From positions 1,792,001 to 1,856,000 of the forward strand of contig OY761614.1 in the NCBI GenBank assembly GCA_963664825.1: 64,000 nucleotides of DNA, written 5' to 3'. This stretch comes from an uncultured Holophaga sp. (lineage in GTDB: Bacteria; Acidobacteriota; Holophagae; Holophagales; Holophagaceae). A program made the position numbers and the translations under genes. The first letter of the stretch is position 1; each line of letters starts with the position of its first letter. Below are positions 27,463 through 37,547 of the stretch, piece after piece. Under the pieces are notes generated by a model that had not been told where the DNA came from, made no database searches, and worked only from the letters and a program-made list of their open reading frames with translations.

Positions 27463-29829
27463 ATGGTGTCGCATGTTCACCTGCACCTCAGCTTGGTCGC
27501 CCTGCTGGCCGCAGGGGCGCCACTTCCGGCCGGAGTGGGGCTCCGGCCTCTTCTTGCCGAACGGATCACGGCCATCCGGGCACAGCAGCCGGAACGCGCC
27601 CTCCGGCTGGCCCGGAGCCTCGAGGCCGAAAAGAGCTCCCTGGGGCTCGGCGCCCTGGATGGCATCCAGGAATACAACCGGATAACTGACGCCTACGGTT
27701 TCACACACGTTCGTTACCACCAGACCTACCGGGGTGTGGAAGTGTTTAACGGCGCGATCCTGGGCCACATGGACGCCGATGGTCGTGTGACCGCGCCCCA
27801 TGCCACCGTGCAGGGGGGCATCGACCTTCCGCCTGTCACCATGCTGGATGAAGCGAAGATCCGCGAAATCGTGGCGGCGAACGTGTCGGCCGAGGGAAGG
27901 CTCTGGCCGGTCCAGGTGAGGCCGTTGGTCTTTCCCACCAAATACCAGGATGGCCTCAAGTTCAAGCGTGACGCCCAGAACATCCTGCAGCTGGATGTCG
28001 ACGGCAGTGTGCCCGTGCGGCGCAAGACAAAGCCATACTGCTGGGCCTTTCGGGCCAGCGCCATGCAGTCCACGGACCATGGCTTGGTAGGCACCGAATT
28101 CGTCATCGACGGGCTGACGGGCGCGGTCCTGAAGAAGTGGGACGGGATGCAGCATGCGGCCCCGGACGTGCCCGCCGTGGGTGTGGGCGAGAGCCAGTAC
28201 AACGGCCGGGTCTCCATAAACACGCTGCAGATCGGCGACAGCGGCCTGTACACACTGCGCGACACCACGCGCGCCACGCAGCCTTGGCCCGACCCACAAC
28301 AGCTCGGCTGGGCGGAATGGGGGGGCATCGGATCTCAGACCCTGGCCTACGATCCCTCTTCCTCCGCCTGGAGCCAGACCTCGCCCTTCACCAACGCCAC
28401 CAACACCTGGGGAAACGGTAAGCCCTTTGTATGGGCTGCCGACTTTCCCGCAAACCTCTTCCAGGCTGTGGGGCAAACGGCTGCAGTGGATGCCCACTAT
28501 TCCATCCAGTCCACCTGGGACTACTACGAGAAGGTTCTGGGACGTCACGGCGGCATCGATGGCCTCGGGAGCTCCGTGGTCAGCGTCGTGCACAAGAGCG
28601 AGGCGACCGGGGCTCCCATGAACAACGCGGGCTGGAACTCCAGCTGGTTCTGCATGGAATACGGGGATGGCAGCGAGACCGGGCCCTTGACCGCTTTGGA
28701 CATCGCGGCCCACGAGATGAGTCACGGCGTCATGAGCTACACTGCACAGCTGAGTGGGGAAGGCTTCGAAAGTGCCGGGTTGAATGAAGCCAATTCGGAC
28801 ATCCACGCCACCATGGTGAAGTACTACTACTGGGGCGCTGGTGGCCATGGGAATGCGGTGCCCGACTCCACCAATGCCGTGCCGGATGGGCGGAATACCT
28901 GGGATTACCTCTGGACAACGGGGCCCCAGCTCTCCAAGGATGGCGTTACGCCTATGCGCTGGCTCTACAAGCCCAGCAAGGATGGAATGAGCTATGACGC
29001 CTGGTTCGATGGGGTTGGCATTGATGATTGCCACTTCAGCATGGGGCCTGGTATCCGCGCCTTCTACTTCTTGAGCCGCGGCGCCTCCAGTGACGCGAAG
29101 CAGGAGACCTACTCGGCCTACCTGCCCGGGGGCATGGCCGGGATCGGGAACGACAAGGCCATTCACATCTGGTATCACGCTATGGCCACCAAGGTGACCG
29201 ATGCTATGGCCGATTACCACGCCATCCGTGAGTCCATGATCGCCTCTGCCAAGGAACTCTATCCCGGAACGGGGGATGCCGATTCTGCGGAGATGGCCGC
29301 GATGAAGAATGCCTTCGCCGCCGTGAATGTGGGCGCCCCCGCCAGTGGCAAGGAACCTGTGTCCGTCAGCTTCGCCTACGATCCCAACTGTGACCTCGGC
29401 TACAAGAAGATAATCGTGTGGCCGGCTCTCGTCTCCATGCCCCTGCCCAAACCCACGGTGAGCCATGCGGCAGACACCTCCGTGACCTGGAGTCTGGGCG
29501 GCCTGTCCTACCTGTCGCCCTTAGGCGGTCGTCTGGAAGACGGCGACAAGTTCATCGGGCCCTACATCGCTAGGGGCGGTGCCTTCCCCGTCAAGGCCAC
29601 AAGCAAGGAGGATCCCACGAAGTTCGCGGTGGATCTCGTCTACGTGGCCCAGCTCGACACCGACAGCGACTTCGAAACCGACGCCTGCGATCTGGGTGCC
29701 CTGGCCCACGACCTCTTCTGGGTCTGGAAAAGCTACCCGGCCGCCAACATCTGGGGAAACAGGATGGGTTGCGATGACGTTTCCATTGACCTCTTCCTCC
29801 AGGGCTTTAACAACGCGTTCAATCAGTGA
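27463..29829 (+). CDS. M4 (thermolysin-family) metallopeptidase, copy 1; FTP propeptide, Ig-like domain, dockerin-like tail
   Basis: HVRYHQTYRGVEV, VDAHY, NNAGW, AAHEMSHG (HExxH), GLNEANSD; C-terminal DTDSDFETDACD. Confidence 0.92.
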   Translation: MVSHVHLHLSLVALLAAGAPLPAGVGLRPLLAERITAIRAQQPERALRLARSLEAEKSSLGLGALDGIQEYNRITDAYGFTHVRYHQTYRGVEVFNGAILGHMDADGRVTAPHATVQGGIDLPPVTMLDEAKIREIVAANVSAEGRLWPVQVRPLVFPTKYQDGLKFKRDAQNILQLDVDGSVPVRRKTKPYCWAFRASAMQSTDHGLVGTEFVIDGLTGAVLKKWDGMQHAAPDVPAVGVGESQYNGRVSINTLQIGDSGLYTLRDTTRATQPWPDPQQLGWAEWGGIGSQTLAYDPSSSAWSQTSPFTNATNTWGNGKPFVWAADFPANLFQAVGQTAAVDAHYSIQSTWDYYEKVLGRHGGIDGLGSSVVSVVHKSEATGAPMNNAGWNSSWFCMEYGDGSETGPLTALDIAAHEMSHGVMSYTAQLSGEGFESAGLNEANSDIHATMVKYYYWGAGGHGNAVPDSTNAVPDGRNTWDYLWTTGPQLSKDGVTPMRWLYKPSKDGMSYDAWFDGVGIDDCHFSMGPGIRAFYFLSRGASSDAKQETYSAYLPGGMAGIGNDKAIHIWYHAMATKVTDAMADYHAIRESMIASAKELYPGTGDADSAEMAAMKNAFAAVNVGAPASGKEPVSVSFAYDPNCDLGYKKIIVWPALVSMPLPKPTVSHAADTSVTWSLGGLSYLSPLGGRLEDGDKFIGPYIARGGAFPVKATSKEDPTKFAVDLVYVAQLDTDSDFETDACDLGALAHDLFWVWKSYPAANIWGNRMGCDDVSIDLFLQGFNNAFNQ

Positions 29830-29837
29830 GGTGATCC

Positions 29838-30506
29838 GTGAGAATCGCTATTCGTTTGGTACCGCTTGCGGCGCTGCTGCTCCTTTCTGCCTGTGGCGGT
29901 GGCCATGACCGCGCTGTCGCCCCCGCCCCGGCTACGAGCCTCACCTATGTGGATCCCAACGCCTCTCCATCCGAATGGAAGCTCGTGAAGGATGCGTCAA
30001 GCACCAAGGGAAGCCTCGTGCTGAACCTGGTGGGTCCCTCGGATGGCACCAAGTACAGGGGCGTCGGCTTCACCCTGCAGGCCGATACCAAACTGGTGAA
30101 GTTCGAGAAGTTCAAGGACTCCAATGACAAACCTCTGGGCTACTACAAGGATGGCGGCGTTTTCCGGGACACCTTCCTGGACACCAGTGACACCACGCCG
30201 GTGGATATTCCTCCAACCCTGCAGGTGGGTGGCGTGAACCACGACAAGCTGATGGTTGGCATCTTCCAGAAGGGGGATGACGAGATCTTCTACCAGGCTC
30301 GAGGCATCTTGGGGCCCAACGCCAAGGGCTGTAACGCCACGGTGCTGCAGGTGGTCATCGGTTTCGACGAAAGCCTGAAGGCTCCCAAGGGGGATGTTCC
30401 CTTGAAGATCCTTAAGGCCAGGGTGATGCCCGAGCACGTCGACGGCACGCCCGCGGGCCAGATCCAGGACATCTCCCTCAAAGTGGGGGCGCTTACCCTC
30501 GATTAG
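29838..30506 (+). CDS. Lipoprotein, cohesin-like beta-sandwich, copy 1
   Basis: Lipobox LSAC; 'GVGFTLQADTKLV' resembles cohesin strand pattern (fold call is inference). Confidence 0.75.
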   Translation: MRIAIRLVPLAALLLLSACGGGHDRAVAPAPATSLTYVDPNASPSEWKLVKDASSTKGSLVLNLVGPSDGTKYRGVGFTLQADTKLVKFEKFKDSNDKPLGYYKDGGVFRDTFLDTSDTTPVDIPPTLQVGGVNHDKLMVGIFQKGDDEIFYQARGILGPNAKGCNATVLQVVIGFDESLKAPKGDVPLKILKARVMPEHVDGTPAGQIQDISLKVGALTLD

Positions 30507-30673
30507 CCCCGCTGGGCTTGGAGCGGACAAGATCCACCCCTAGTCGGCGCCCCTGATCCGTTCAGTTGGAGTCCCATCCCCCTGGGGCCCATGCCTTGAA
30601 CTTGGTCTGGTTCTATTTGCAAACACGAGTATTTGCGCGTTCCACGTCTTCCATGGATCGATAAGGAGTCCAC

Positions 30674-33046
30674 ATGGTGTCGCATGTTTACCTGCACCTC
30701 AGCCTGGTTGCCCTGCTGGTCGCAGGGGCGCCACTTTCGGCCGGAGTGGGGCTCCGCCCTCTCCCCGCCGAAGGGATCGCAGCTGTTCGGGCACAGCAGC
30801 CGGAACGCGCCCTCCGGCTGGCCCGGAGTCTCGAGGCCGAAAAGAGTTCCCTGGGGCTCGGGGCTCTGGATGGCATCCAGGAATACAACCGGATAACTGA
30901 CGCCTACGGCTTCACACACGTTCGTTTCCACCAGACCTACCGGGGCGTGGAAGTGTTCAACGGCACAATCCTGGGCCACATGGATGCCGATGGTCGCGTG
31001 ATCGCGCCCCACGCCACCGTGCAGGAGGGCATCGATCTTCCGTCCGTCACCCTGCTGGATGTAGCAAAGGTCCGCGCGATCGTGGCGGCGAGCCTGCCGG
31101 TCCAAGGAGGGCTCTGGCCGATCCTGGTGAAGCCGGTGGTCTTCCCCACCCGGTACCAGGACGGTTTCCAGTCCAAGCGCGACGCCGAGGGTTTCCTGAT
31201 GCTGGACCTAGACGGCGGTCTGCCGGCGCCGCACAAGGCAAAGCCCTACTGCTGGGCCTTTCGGGCCAGCACCATGCAGTCCACGGCCCACGGTTTGGTG
31301 GGCACCGAATTCATCATCGACGGCCTGACGGGCGCGGTCCTGAAGAAGTGGGACGGGATGCAGCATGCGGCCCCGGACGTGCCCTCCGTGGGCATGGGTG
31401 AGAGCCAGTACAGCGGCCGGGTTACCCTCAATACGGTGCAGCTCGGTGACAGTAGCCTATACACCCTGCGCGACACCACGCGCGCCACGAAGCCCTGGCT
31501 TCACGCCGAGGAGTCCTCTTGGACCGAATGGGGGGGCATCGGATCCCAGACCGTGGCCTATGATCCCAATGGGCCCAACAAGGACGCCACCTGCACCACG
31601 CCGTATACCAACGCCACCAACACCTGGGGCAATGGCAAGCCCTTCGATTGGTCCACCGACTTTCCCGGCAACCTCTTCCAGGCCATAGGTCAAACGGCTG
31701 CAGCGGACGCTCACTACGCCATCCAGTCCACCTGGGACTACTACGAAAAGGTCCTGGGACGCCCTGGCGGCATTGATGGAGATGGGCATTCCGCGATCAG
31801 CATCGTGCATGTGGATGACGGGAATGGGGGCGCCCTGGCGAATGCCGGCTGGAACGAGGGCTATTTCCTCATGCAGTACGGAGATGGAAGCGTTACCGGC
31901 CCCCTGACCACCCTGGATGTCGCGGCCCATGAAATGAGTCACGGCGTGATGAGCTACACCGCGAAGCTGCAGGGGAATATCGGAGAGGCCGGCGGCCTGA
32001 ACGAAGCCAATTCCGATATCCACGCCGTTATGGTGAAACACTATGAATGGGGTGCCGATGGCCTTGGGAGCGTGGTGCCTGACATCACCACCAAGGCACC
32101 GGGCGGAAACAACACCTGGCAGTATCTCTGGAGCATGGGTCCCCAGCTCTCCGAGGATGGGCTCTCGCCCCTGCGTTGGATGTACAAACCCATCTTGGAC
32201 GGGATCAGCCCCGATGCCTGGTTCGAGGGGGTCGGCCTCATGGATTGCCACTACAGCATGGGACCGGCTAACCGGGCCTTCTTCTTCCTGAGTCGGGGCG
32301 CCTCCAACGATGCATCGCAGATGACCTACTCTGAGTATCTGCCCGGCGGCATGACCGGCATCGGGAACGACAAGGCCATCCGCATCTGGTTCCACGGCAT
32401 GACCACCAAGGTGACGAATCCCGAAGCGGATTACCATGTCATCCGCGAAGCCATGATCGCCTCCGCCAAGGAGCTTTACCCTGGTGCGGGGGATTCCGAC
32501 TCCGCGGAGACCGCGGCCTTGAGGAACGCCTTCGCCGCCGTGAACCTGGGAGCCCCTGCGGGTGGCAAGGAACCCGTGACCATCGGATTCCCGACCCATT
32601 CCAACCTTCCTTTCAACAACAAGAAGGCTATCTGCTGGCCAGCCATGGTCTCCCTGCCCCTGCCCAAGCCCACCGTGAACAACGCGACGGATAGCTCCGT
32701 CACTTGGAATCTGGGAGGTCTGCCCGACGTCACCGTGGGAGGCCGACTGGAGGATGGCGACAAATTCATTGCGCCCTACGTCCCCAAGGGCCGCAATTAC
32801 CCGATCAAGGTGAGCAGCAAAGAGGATCCCAAGCGCTTCGCGGTGAACACTGTTTTTGCCATTTCCATGGACCTTGACAACGACTTCGATACCGACGCCT
32901 GCGATCTGAGCGCCCTGGCCCACGACTACTACGCCGTGTGGACGCGCTACCCCTCGGCCAACATGCTAGGGAACCCCATGGGCGGATCTGACGATTACGC
33001 CTTCGAGGTGTTCCTGGAAGGCTTCAACAACGCGTTCAACCAGTGA
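30674..33046 (+). CDS. M4 metallopeptidase, copy 2
   Basis: AAHEMSHG, GLNEANSD; C-terminal DLDNDFDTDACD. Confidence 0.92.
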   Translation: MVSHVYLHLSLVALLVAGAPLSAGVGLRPLPAEGIAAVRAQQPERALRLARSLEAEKSSLGLGALDGIQEYNRITDAYGFTHVRFHQTYRGVEVFNGTILGHMDADGRVIAPHATVQEGIDLPSVTLLDVAKVRAIVAASLPVQGGLWPILVKPVVFPTRYQDGFQSKRDAEGFLMLDLDGGLPAPHKAKPYCWAFRASTMQSTAHGLVGTEFIIDGLTGAVLKKWDGMQHAAPDVPSVGMGESQYSGRVTLNTVQLGDSSLYTLRDTTRATKPWLHAEESSWTEWGGIGSQTVAYDPNGPNKDATCTTPYTNATNTWGNGKPFDWSTDFPGNLFQAIGQTAAADAHYAIQSTWDYYEKVLGRPGGIDGDGHSAISIVHVDDGNGGALANAGWNEGYFLMQYGDGSVTGPLTTLDVAAHEMSHGVMSYTAKLQGNIGEAGGLNEANSDIHAVMVKHYEWGADGLGSVVPDITTKAPGGNNTWQYLWSMGPQLSEDGLSPLRWMYKPILDGISPDAWFEGVGLMDCHYSMGPANRAFFFLSRGASNDASQMTYSEYLPGGMTGIGNDKAIRIWFHGMTTKVTNPEADYHVIREAMIASAKELYPGAGDSDSAETAALRNAFAAVNLGAPAGGKEPVTIGFPTHSNLPFNNKKAICWPAMVSLPLPKPTVNNATDSSVTWNLGGLPDVTVGGRLEDGDKFIAPYVPKGRNYPIKVSSKEDPKRFAVNTVFAISMDLDNDFDTDACDLSALAHDYYAVWTRYPSANMLGNPMGGSDDYAFEVFLEGFNNAFNQ

Positions 33047-33053
33047 GGTGACC

Positions 33054-33722
33054 GTGAGAATCGCTATTCGTTTGGTATCGCTTGCGGCGCTGCTGCTTGT
33101 CGCTGCATGCGGCGGCGGCCGTGATCATGCCGTCGCCCCCGCCCCGGCTACGGGCCTCTCCTACGTGGATCCCAGCGCTTCCCCATCCGAATGGAAGCTC
33201 GTGAAGGATGTTTCAAGCACCAAGGGAAGCCTCGTGCTGAACCTGGTGGGTCCCTCGGATGGCACCAAGTACAGGGGCGTCGGCTTCACCCTGCAGGCCG
33301 ACACCAAACTGGTGAAGTTCGAGAAGTTCAAGGACTCCAATGACAAGCCTCTGGGCTACTACAAGGATGGCGGCGTTTTCCGGGACACCTTCCTGGACAC
33401 CAGTGACACCACGCCGGTGGATATTCCTCCAACCCTGCAGGTGGGTGGCGTGAACCACGACAAGCTAATGGTTGGCATCTTCCAGAAGGGGGATGACGAG
33501 ATCTTCTACCAGGCTCGAGGCATCCTGGGGCCCAACGCCAAGGGCTGTAACGCCACGGTGCTGCAGGTGGTCATCGCCTTCGACGAAAGCCTGAAGGCTC
33601 CCAAGGGGGATGTTCCCTTGAAGATCCTCAAGGCCAGGGTGATGCCCGAGCACGTCGATGGTTCCCCTCAGGGCCAAATCCAGGACACCCCTCTCAAGGT
33701 GGGGACGCTTACCCTCGATTAG
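33054..33722 (+). CDS. Lipoprotein, cohesin-like, copy 2
   Basis: Lipobox VAAC; nearly identical to 29838..30506. Confidence 0.75.
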   Translation: MRIAIRLVSLAALLLVAACGGGRDHAVAPAPATGLSYVDPSASPSEWKLVKDVSSTKGSLVLNLVGPSDGTKYRGVGFTLQADTKLVKFEKFKDSNDKPLGYYKDGGVFRDTFLDTSDTTPVDIPPTLQVGGVNHDKLMVGIFQKGDDEIFYQARGILGPNAKGCNATVLQVVIAFDESLKAPKGDVPLKILKARVMPEHVDGSPQGQIQDTPLKVGTLTLD

Positions 33723-33810
33723 AACCGAGCGCGGACATTTGGAAGGGGTTCTGTGGCATAGAGCGGTTCTTTACTCAAATTCGTAAAAAACATCTCTATA
33801 CCACTGACCC

Positions 33811-34566
33811 ATGGACGTCCGACTCCGACCTTGCATCGCCTCCTCCACGACCGCTATCCATCCTTTGAGGCCGCAACTCATGTCGAATAGTCCTCTTCTG
33901 GCCGCCTATATCCACGACCAGAACAACTTCCTCCAGGTCGTCATCTTCCAGGCGGAGGCATTGAAGAGTTACCTCCTCCACGACGAAGCCGGTTCGCAGG
34001 AATTGAACAAACTTTTCCAGGCTCTGGAGGGCATGAGGCAGATGAATCGGGCTGCCCTTGATGATTTTTCCCATACCCAAGAGGACAGGTCAGTGGGGAT
34101 GATGGCGCCCGACGAGGTCATCCGGAGGACCGTGGCATTGGCCAAATTATGCAACTCCAAAGATGCTCAGATTAAAGTCAACCTCAGTGCCCTGGAAATT
34201 GGCATGCCCATCCCTCAGATCCACCTTCAGCAGGTCCTATTTAATCTCTTGAAAAATGCCCTTGAGGCCGTTCCAGATAAAAAAGGTAATATCTTGGTGG
34301 AGTCCAGTATCCAGCCTCATGGTGGTCGCGACTTAGCTCAACCACATGGACAGGCCCTCTGCATAACAATCACAGACAATGGGCCTGGCATTCCGGAGAT
34401 GATTCGTGACCAAATTTTCGACTGCGGCGTCACGTCCAAGGCCGAAGGCCACGGCCTTGGGCTGTATCACGCCCGAAAGATAGTAAACCGTTACGGTGGT
34501 TCCATCACCCTCTGCCAAAGTCACGTCTTCGGTACGCGGGCGACATTACTCTGGCCCATGGATTAG
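33811..34566 (+). CDS. Cytoplasmic histidine kinase with no sensor domain
   Basis: IHDQNN H-box, QVLFNLLKNA, DNGPGI, GHGLGL; lower-GC codon usage. Confidence 0.75.
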   Translation: MDVRLRPCIASSTTAIHPLRPQLMSNSPLLAAYIHDQNNFLQVVIFQAEALKSYLLHDEAGSQELNKLFQALEGMRQMNRAALDDFSHTQEDRSVGMMAPDEVIRRTVALAKLCNSKDAQIKVNLSALEIGMPIPQIHLQQVLFNLLKNALEAVPDKKGNILVESSIQPHGGRDLAQPHGQALCITITDNGPGIPEMIRDQIFDCGVTSKAEGHGLGLYHARKIVNRYGGSITLCQSHVFGTRATLLWPMD

Positions 34567-34680
34567 AACGCCTAACAAAATCATCTTGTACAAATGTTTT
34601 CAGATACAGAATGTAGACGGATGCTCCGGGATATTTTGCCATTTGAGCTGTGGCAAAATATCGAGCCAGTAACTGCGGAG

Positions 34681-35030
34681 ATGAATCTGCGGGCGGGCAG
34701 GTCACGGAGGCCTGACCGGGGCGTGCTCCGGGGGATCCTGTTCGTGCTGGGAACAATTACCACCTGAGCGCGGAACGGCGATGGATTCCGCTGGCAGCAC
34801 ACATGGGCTCGGCGAACCAGCACGACTCCAAGGTGTTCGAGACTCTGACGGATGCGATCCCGGTGGTGTGAAATGGGCAGCGCATGCAATTTCGCCGATG
34901 CCCGGGAAACTGCGCGCGGACAAGGAATATGACTTTCGGCGATTGGAATCGAAGGAGTGGCTGAGCATCCACAGGTGGGTTGTGGAGCACATTTTTGCGT
35001 GGCTGCATCGATTTCTGCGGTCCGTCCTGC
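34681..35030 (+). pseudogene. IS5-family transposase relic with internal deletions and frameshifts
   Basis: Fragments in different frames: 'GRSRRPDRGVLRGILFVL', 'IPLA...ANQHDS...DAIP', 'KLRADKEYD...HRWVVEHIFAWL'. Confidence 0.8.
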
Positions 35031-35081
35031 GCCTTGCGGCGAAGCAGCGAGCACTGCGCACGGCCTCCTGAATGCAGGGCC

Positions 35082-36152
35082 TCAGCTCAGCTGCTTGAGG
35101 CGTTCGGCTTCGTGAGCGGCGCGGAGGGGTTCCAGGATGGGCTCGATCTGGCCCTGCATGAAGGTCTCCAGGGAATGGATGGTGACATTAACCCGGTGAT
35201 CGGTGACGCGGCTCTGGGGGAAGTTGTAGGTGCGGATCTTCTCGCTGCGGTCCCCTGAGCCCACCTGGGCCTTGCGAATGGCGGAGGACTCGGCGTCGGC
35301 CTCGCCCTGGGCCTTGGCCAACAGGCGGCTGCGCAGCACGGTCATGGCCTTGGCCATGTTCTTGAGTTGGCTGCGCTCGTCCTGGCACTGGACGACGGTA
35401 TTGGTGGGCAGATGCGTCAGGCGCACGGCGGAATAGGTGGTGTTGACGCTCTGGCCGCCCTTGCCGCCGGAACAGAAGGTGTCGATGCGCAGATCCTTCG
35501 GGTGGATCTCGATTTCCACTTCGTCGGCCTCGGGCATGACGGCTACGGTCGCAGCGGAGGTGTGGATGCGTCCTTGAGTCTCGGTCTTGGGCACCCGCTG
35601 AACGCGATGGACGCCGGATTCGAAGCGGAAGACGGAATAGGCGCCCTCTCCCTCGATCTCGGCCGTGGCTTCTTTCAGCCCACCCATATCTGCTTCGCTC
35701 TCGTCGAGCACGGAGACCTTGAAGCCCCTGCGCTCGGCGAAGCGCAAGTACATCCGGAAGAGTTCTCCGGCGAAGAGGGCCGCCTCCTCGCCACCGGTGC
35801 CTGCGCGCACCTCCAGGATGACGTTGCGGGCGTCCTTGGGATCCTTGGGCACCAGTAATTTCCTCAAGTTCATCTCGCCGGCCAGGATGGCCGACTTCAG
35901 ATCGGGGATCTCCAGTTCGGCCATCTCCCGCAATTCGGCCTCCATGGCACGATCGGCCAGGATCTCCTCGGCTTCCTTTAGCTGCTGGATCCGCGTGCGC
36001 TGGGCCTGCCAGGCCTGGACCACGGGCTCCAGTTCGGCGCGAAGCTTGGCCAATTCCCGCAGCTTCTTCGGGTCGCTGACGCTGGCCGGATCCTGGAGTT
36101 GGGCTTCCACCTGCTGGAACTTGGCATCGAGGGCTTCGAGCTGGTCGAACAT
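35082..36152 (-). CDS. prfA: Peptide chain release factor 1
   Basis: EVRAGTGGEEA, ESGVHRVQRVPKTE (PxT), GGQ, DRSEKIRTYNFPQ. Confidence 0.96.
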   Translation of the reverse strand: MFDQLEALDAKFQQVEAQLQDPASVSDPKKLRELAKLRAELEPVVQAWQAQRTRIQQLKEAEEILADRAMEAELREMAELEIPDLKSAILAGEMNLRKLLVPKDPKDARNVILEVRAGTGGEEAALFAGELFRMYLRFAERRGFKVSVLDESEADMGGLKEATAEIEGEGAYSVFRFESGVHRVQRVPKTETQGRIHTSAATVAVMPEADEVEIEIHPKDLRIDTFCSGGKGGQSVNTTYSAVRLTHLPTNTVVQCQDERSQLKNMAKAMTVLRSRLLAKAQGEADAESSAIRKAQVGSGDRSEKIRTYNFPQSRVTDHRVNVTIHSLETFMQGQIEPILEPLRAAHEAERLKQLS

Positions 36153-36220
36153 GGGGCACCGGGTAGAGGAAATGCGGAACCGAGATTCATCCCCGAGGGC
36201 GCGGCGAGCCTCCGGAAAAC

Positions 36221-36251
36221 AAAAAGAACGGGCCGATAATTCGGCCCGTTC
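36221..36251 (-). terminator. Intrinsic terminator after rpmE
   Basis: GAACGGGCCGA/TCGGCCCGTTC stem followed by U-tract on minus strand. Confidence 0.75.
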
Positions 36252-36266
36252 CATGGATCAGCTTAG

Positions 36267-36545
36267 CTACTGGGCTTCGACGGCCGGTGTGGCTTCGACG
36301 GCAGCGGCATCGACGACGGGAGCGGTCTCCGCAACGGGAGCCACTTCCTTCTTCGCATACTTCCGGTTGAACTTCTCGACCCGGCCGGTGATGGTCATGT
36401 CGCGCTGCTTGCCGGTGTAGAAGTTGTGGCAGGCAGAGCAGACTTCGACGCGCATCTCCTTCTTGGTGGAGCGGGTCTGGAATTCGCTGCCGCACTGGCA
36501 GTGAGCCGTCACTTCATGCAGCTCGGGGTGAATCTTGGGCTTCAT
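36267..36545 (-). CDS. rpmE: 50S ribosomal protein L31 (Zn-binding type) with acidic Ala/Val tail
   Basis: MKPKIHP, CQCG, VCSACHNFYTG, GRVEKF. Confidence 0.95.
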   Translation of the reverse strand: MKPKIHPELHEVTAHCQCGSEFQTRSTKKEMRVEVCSACHNFYTGKQRDMTITGRVEKFNRKYAKKEVAPVAETAPVVDAAAVEATPAVEAQ

Positions 36546-36742
36546 GGCTTCCTCCTGGAACCGACCGGAGGCATCGAGGCCCGCGGCTTGTTCACGCATA
36601 AGAGAACCAGTCTACCCCGGGAATCCAGGGGGCTCAACGGAAATTCCTAAGTCGTTGTACCGAAATAACCATTCCCTTGGGATGGCGCCAACGACATGAG
36701 GGGCCGTAACGCAAGCATCAGGAAGGCAATTCGTAACGGCCC

Positions 36743-37492
36743 CTAATGTTCGCCGTGGGGGGCAAGCACCCAGCGGCCCGCCATCACGCGCCGCAGGTTC
36801 AAGGCCACCAGCACCGCCAACGTGAGCGTGAAGTTGAAGGTCATCTCGAAAACCCAGCCGTAGTGCCACCGGGGATGGAAGAAGTGGAACTGGAGAAAAT
36901 CCAGCACCGTGAAGGCGAGCGTCTCCAGGATCGGTTGCCAGGCCGGACGGCCCTCGGAATGCCGCTCCACCAGGTATCCCGTGAAGGCACCATACATGAG
37001 GCGGCTGTAGAGGAATCTCCGGCCCGTGAATCCCAGCGGCGTGGCCAGCAGGGCTCCAAAGGAGAGGGAGAGCAGGATCCTCAGGCCGGTTCCGAAACGC
37101 CGCCAGCGGCTCCGCACCAGGAAGATGCCCGTGCCCACGGCGAAGCCGTGGGCCGTACCGAAGACCAGGGCGAAGTGCCAGGGCCATCCCCCCTGAAGCC
37201 ATAGGTAGCTGCCGGTGACCAGACCCAGCAGCGCTCCCGCCAGCAGGGCCGTCTCTGAGCGATGGGTGGTGTCGCCGCTTTCTCCGCTAGTGATCTCCCG
37301 GGCCAAGGCCTCGGGTGTCTCCTTTTCCGCGAGAAGAATACGCATGCCGGCCTCGTCCTGGATGCCCCGGGCGTCGGCCTCGTCCAGCAGATGGCCCTCC
37401 AGTTCCCGAACCACGAGACGACGGCGGCTGGCACCCAGCCTGGAGAGGCCCTGGGTGACCTCGCTGAGGTAGGCGGATAGAGCCTGGCTCAC
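36743..37492 (-). CDS. Membrane protein with N-terminal HAAS-like domain
   Basis: 'YLSEV...RELEGHL...PEALAREI' followed by TM helices; downstream of padR. Confidence 0.6.
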   Translation of the reverse strand: MSQALSAYLSEVTQGLSRLGASRRRLVVRELEGHLLDEADARGIQDEAGMRILLAEKETPEALAREITSGESGDTTHRSETALLAGALLGLVTGSYLWLQGGWPWHFALVFGTAHGFAVGTGIFLVRSRWRRFGTGLRILLSLSFGALLATPLGFTGRRFLYSRLMYGAFTGYLVERHSEGRPAWQPILETLAFTVLDFLQFHFFHPRWHYGWVFEMTFNFTLTLAVLVALNLRRVMAGRWVLAPHGEH

Positions 37493-37547
37493 AGGTGGAC
37501 CCCCTCGAGCGCGGAGGCTCGATGCCAGGTCCCTGTGAACCGGAGAA

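Larger units (their letters stand above)
27381..33722 (+). repeat. Tandem duplication (~3.2-kb unit) of peptidase + lipoprotein module including 5' leader
   Basis: Shared leader GTTCCACGTCTTCCATGGATCGATAAGGAGTCCACATGG at offset 3211; near-identical lipoprotein genes. Confidence 0.92.

Noticed and set aside
27349..29466. 705-aa minus-strand ORF, and its counterpart at 31457..32923
   Set aside because: Antisense shadows of the M4 peptidases
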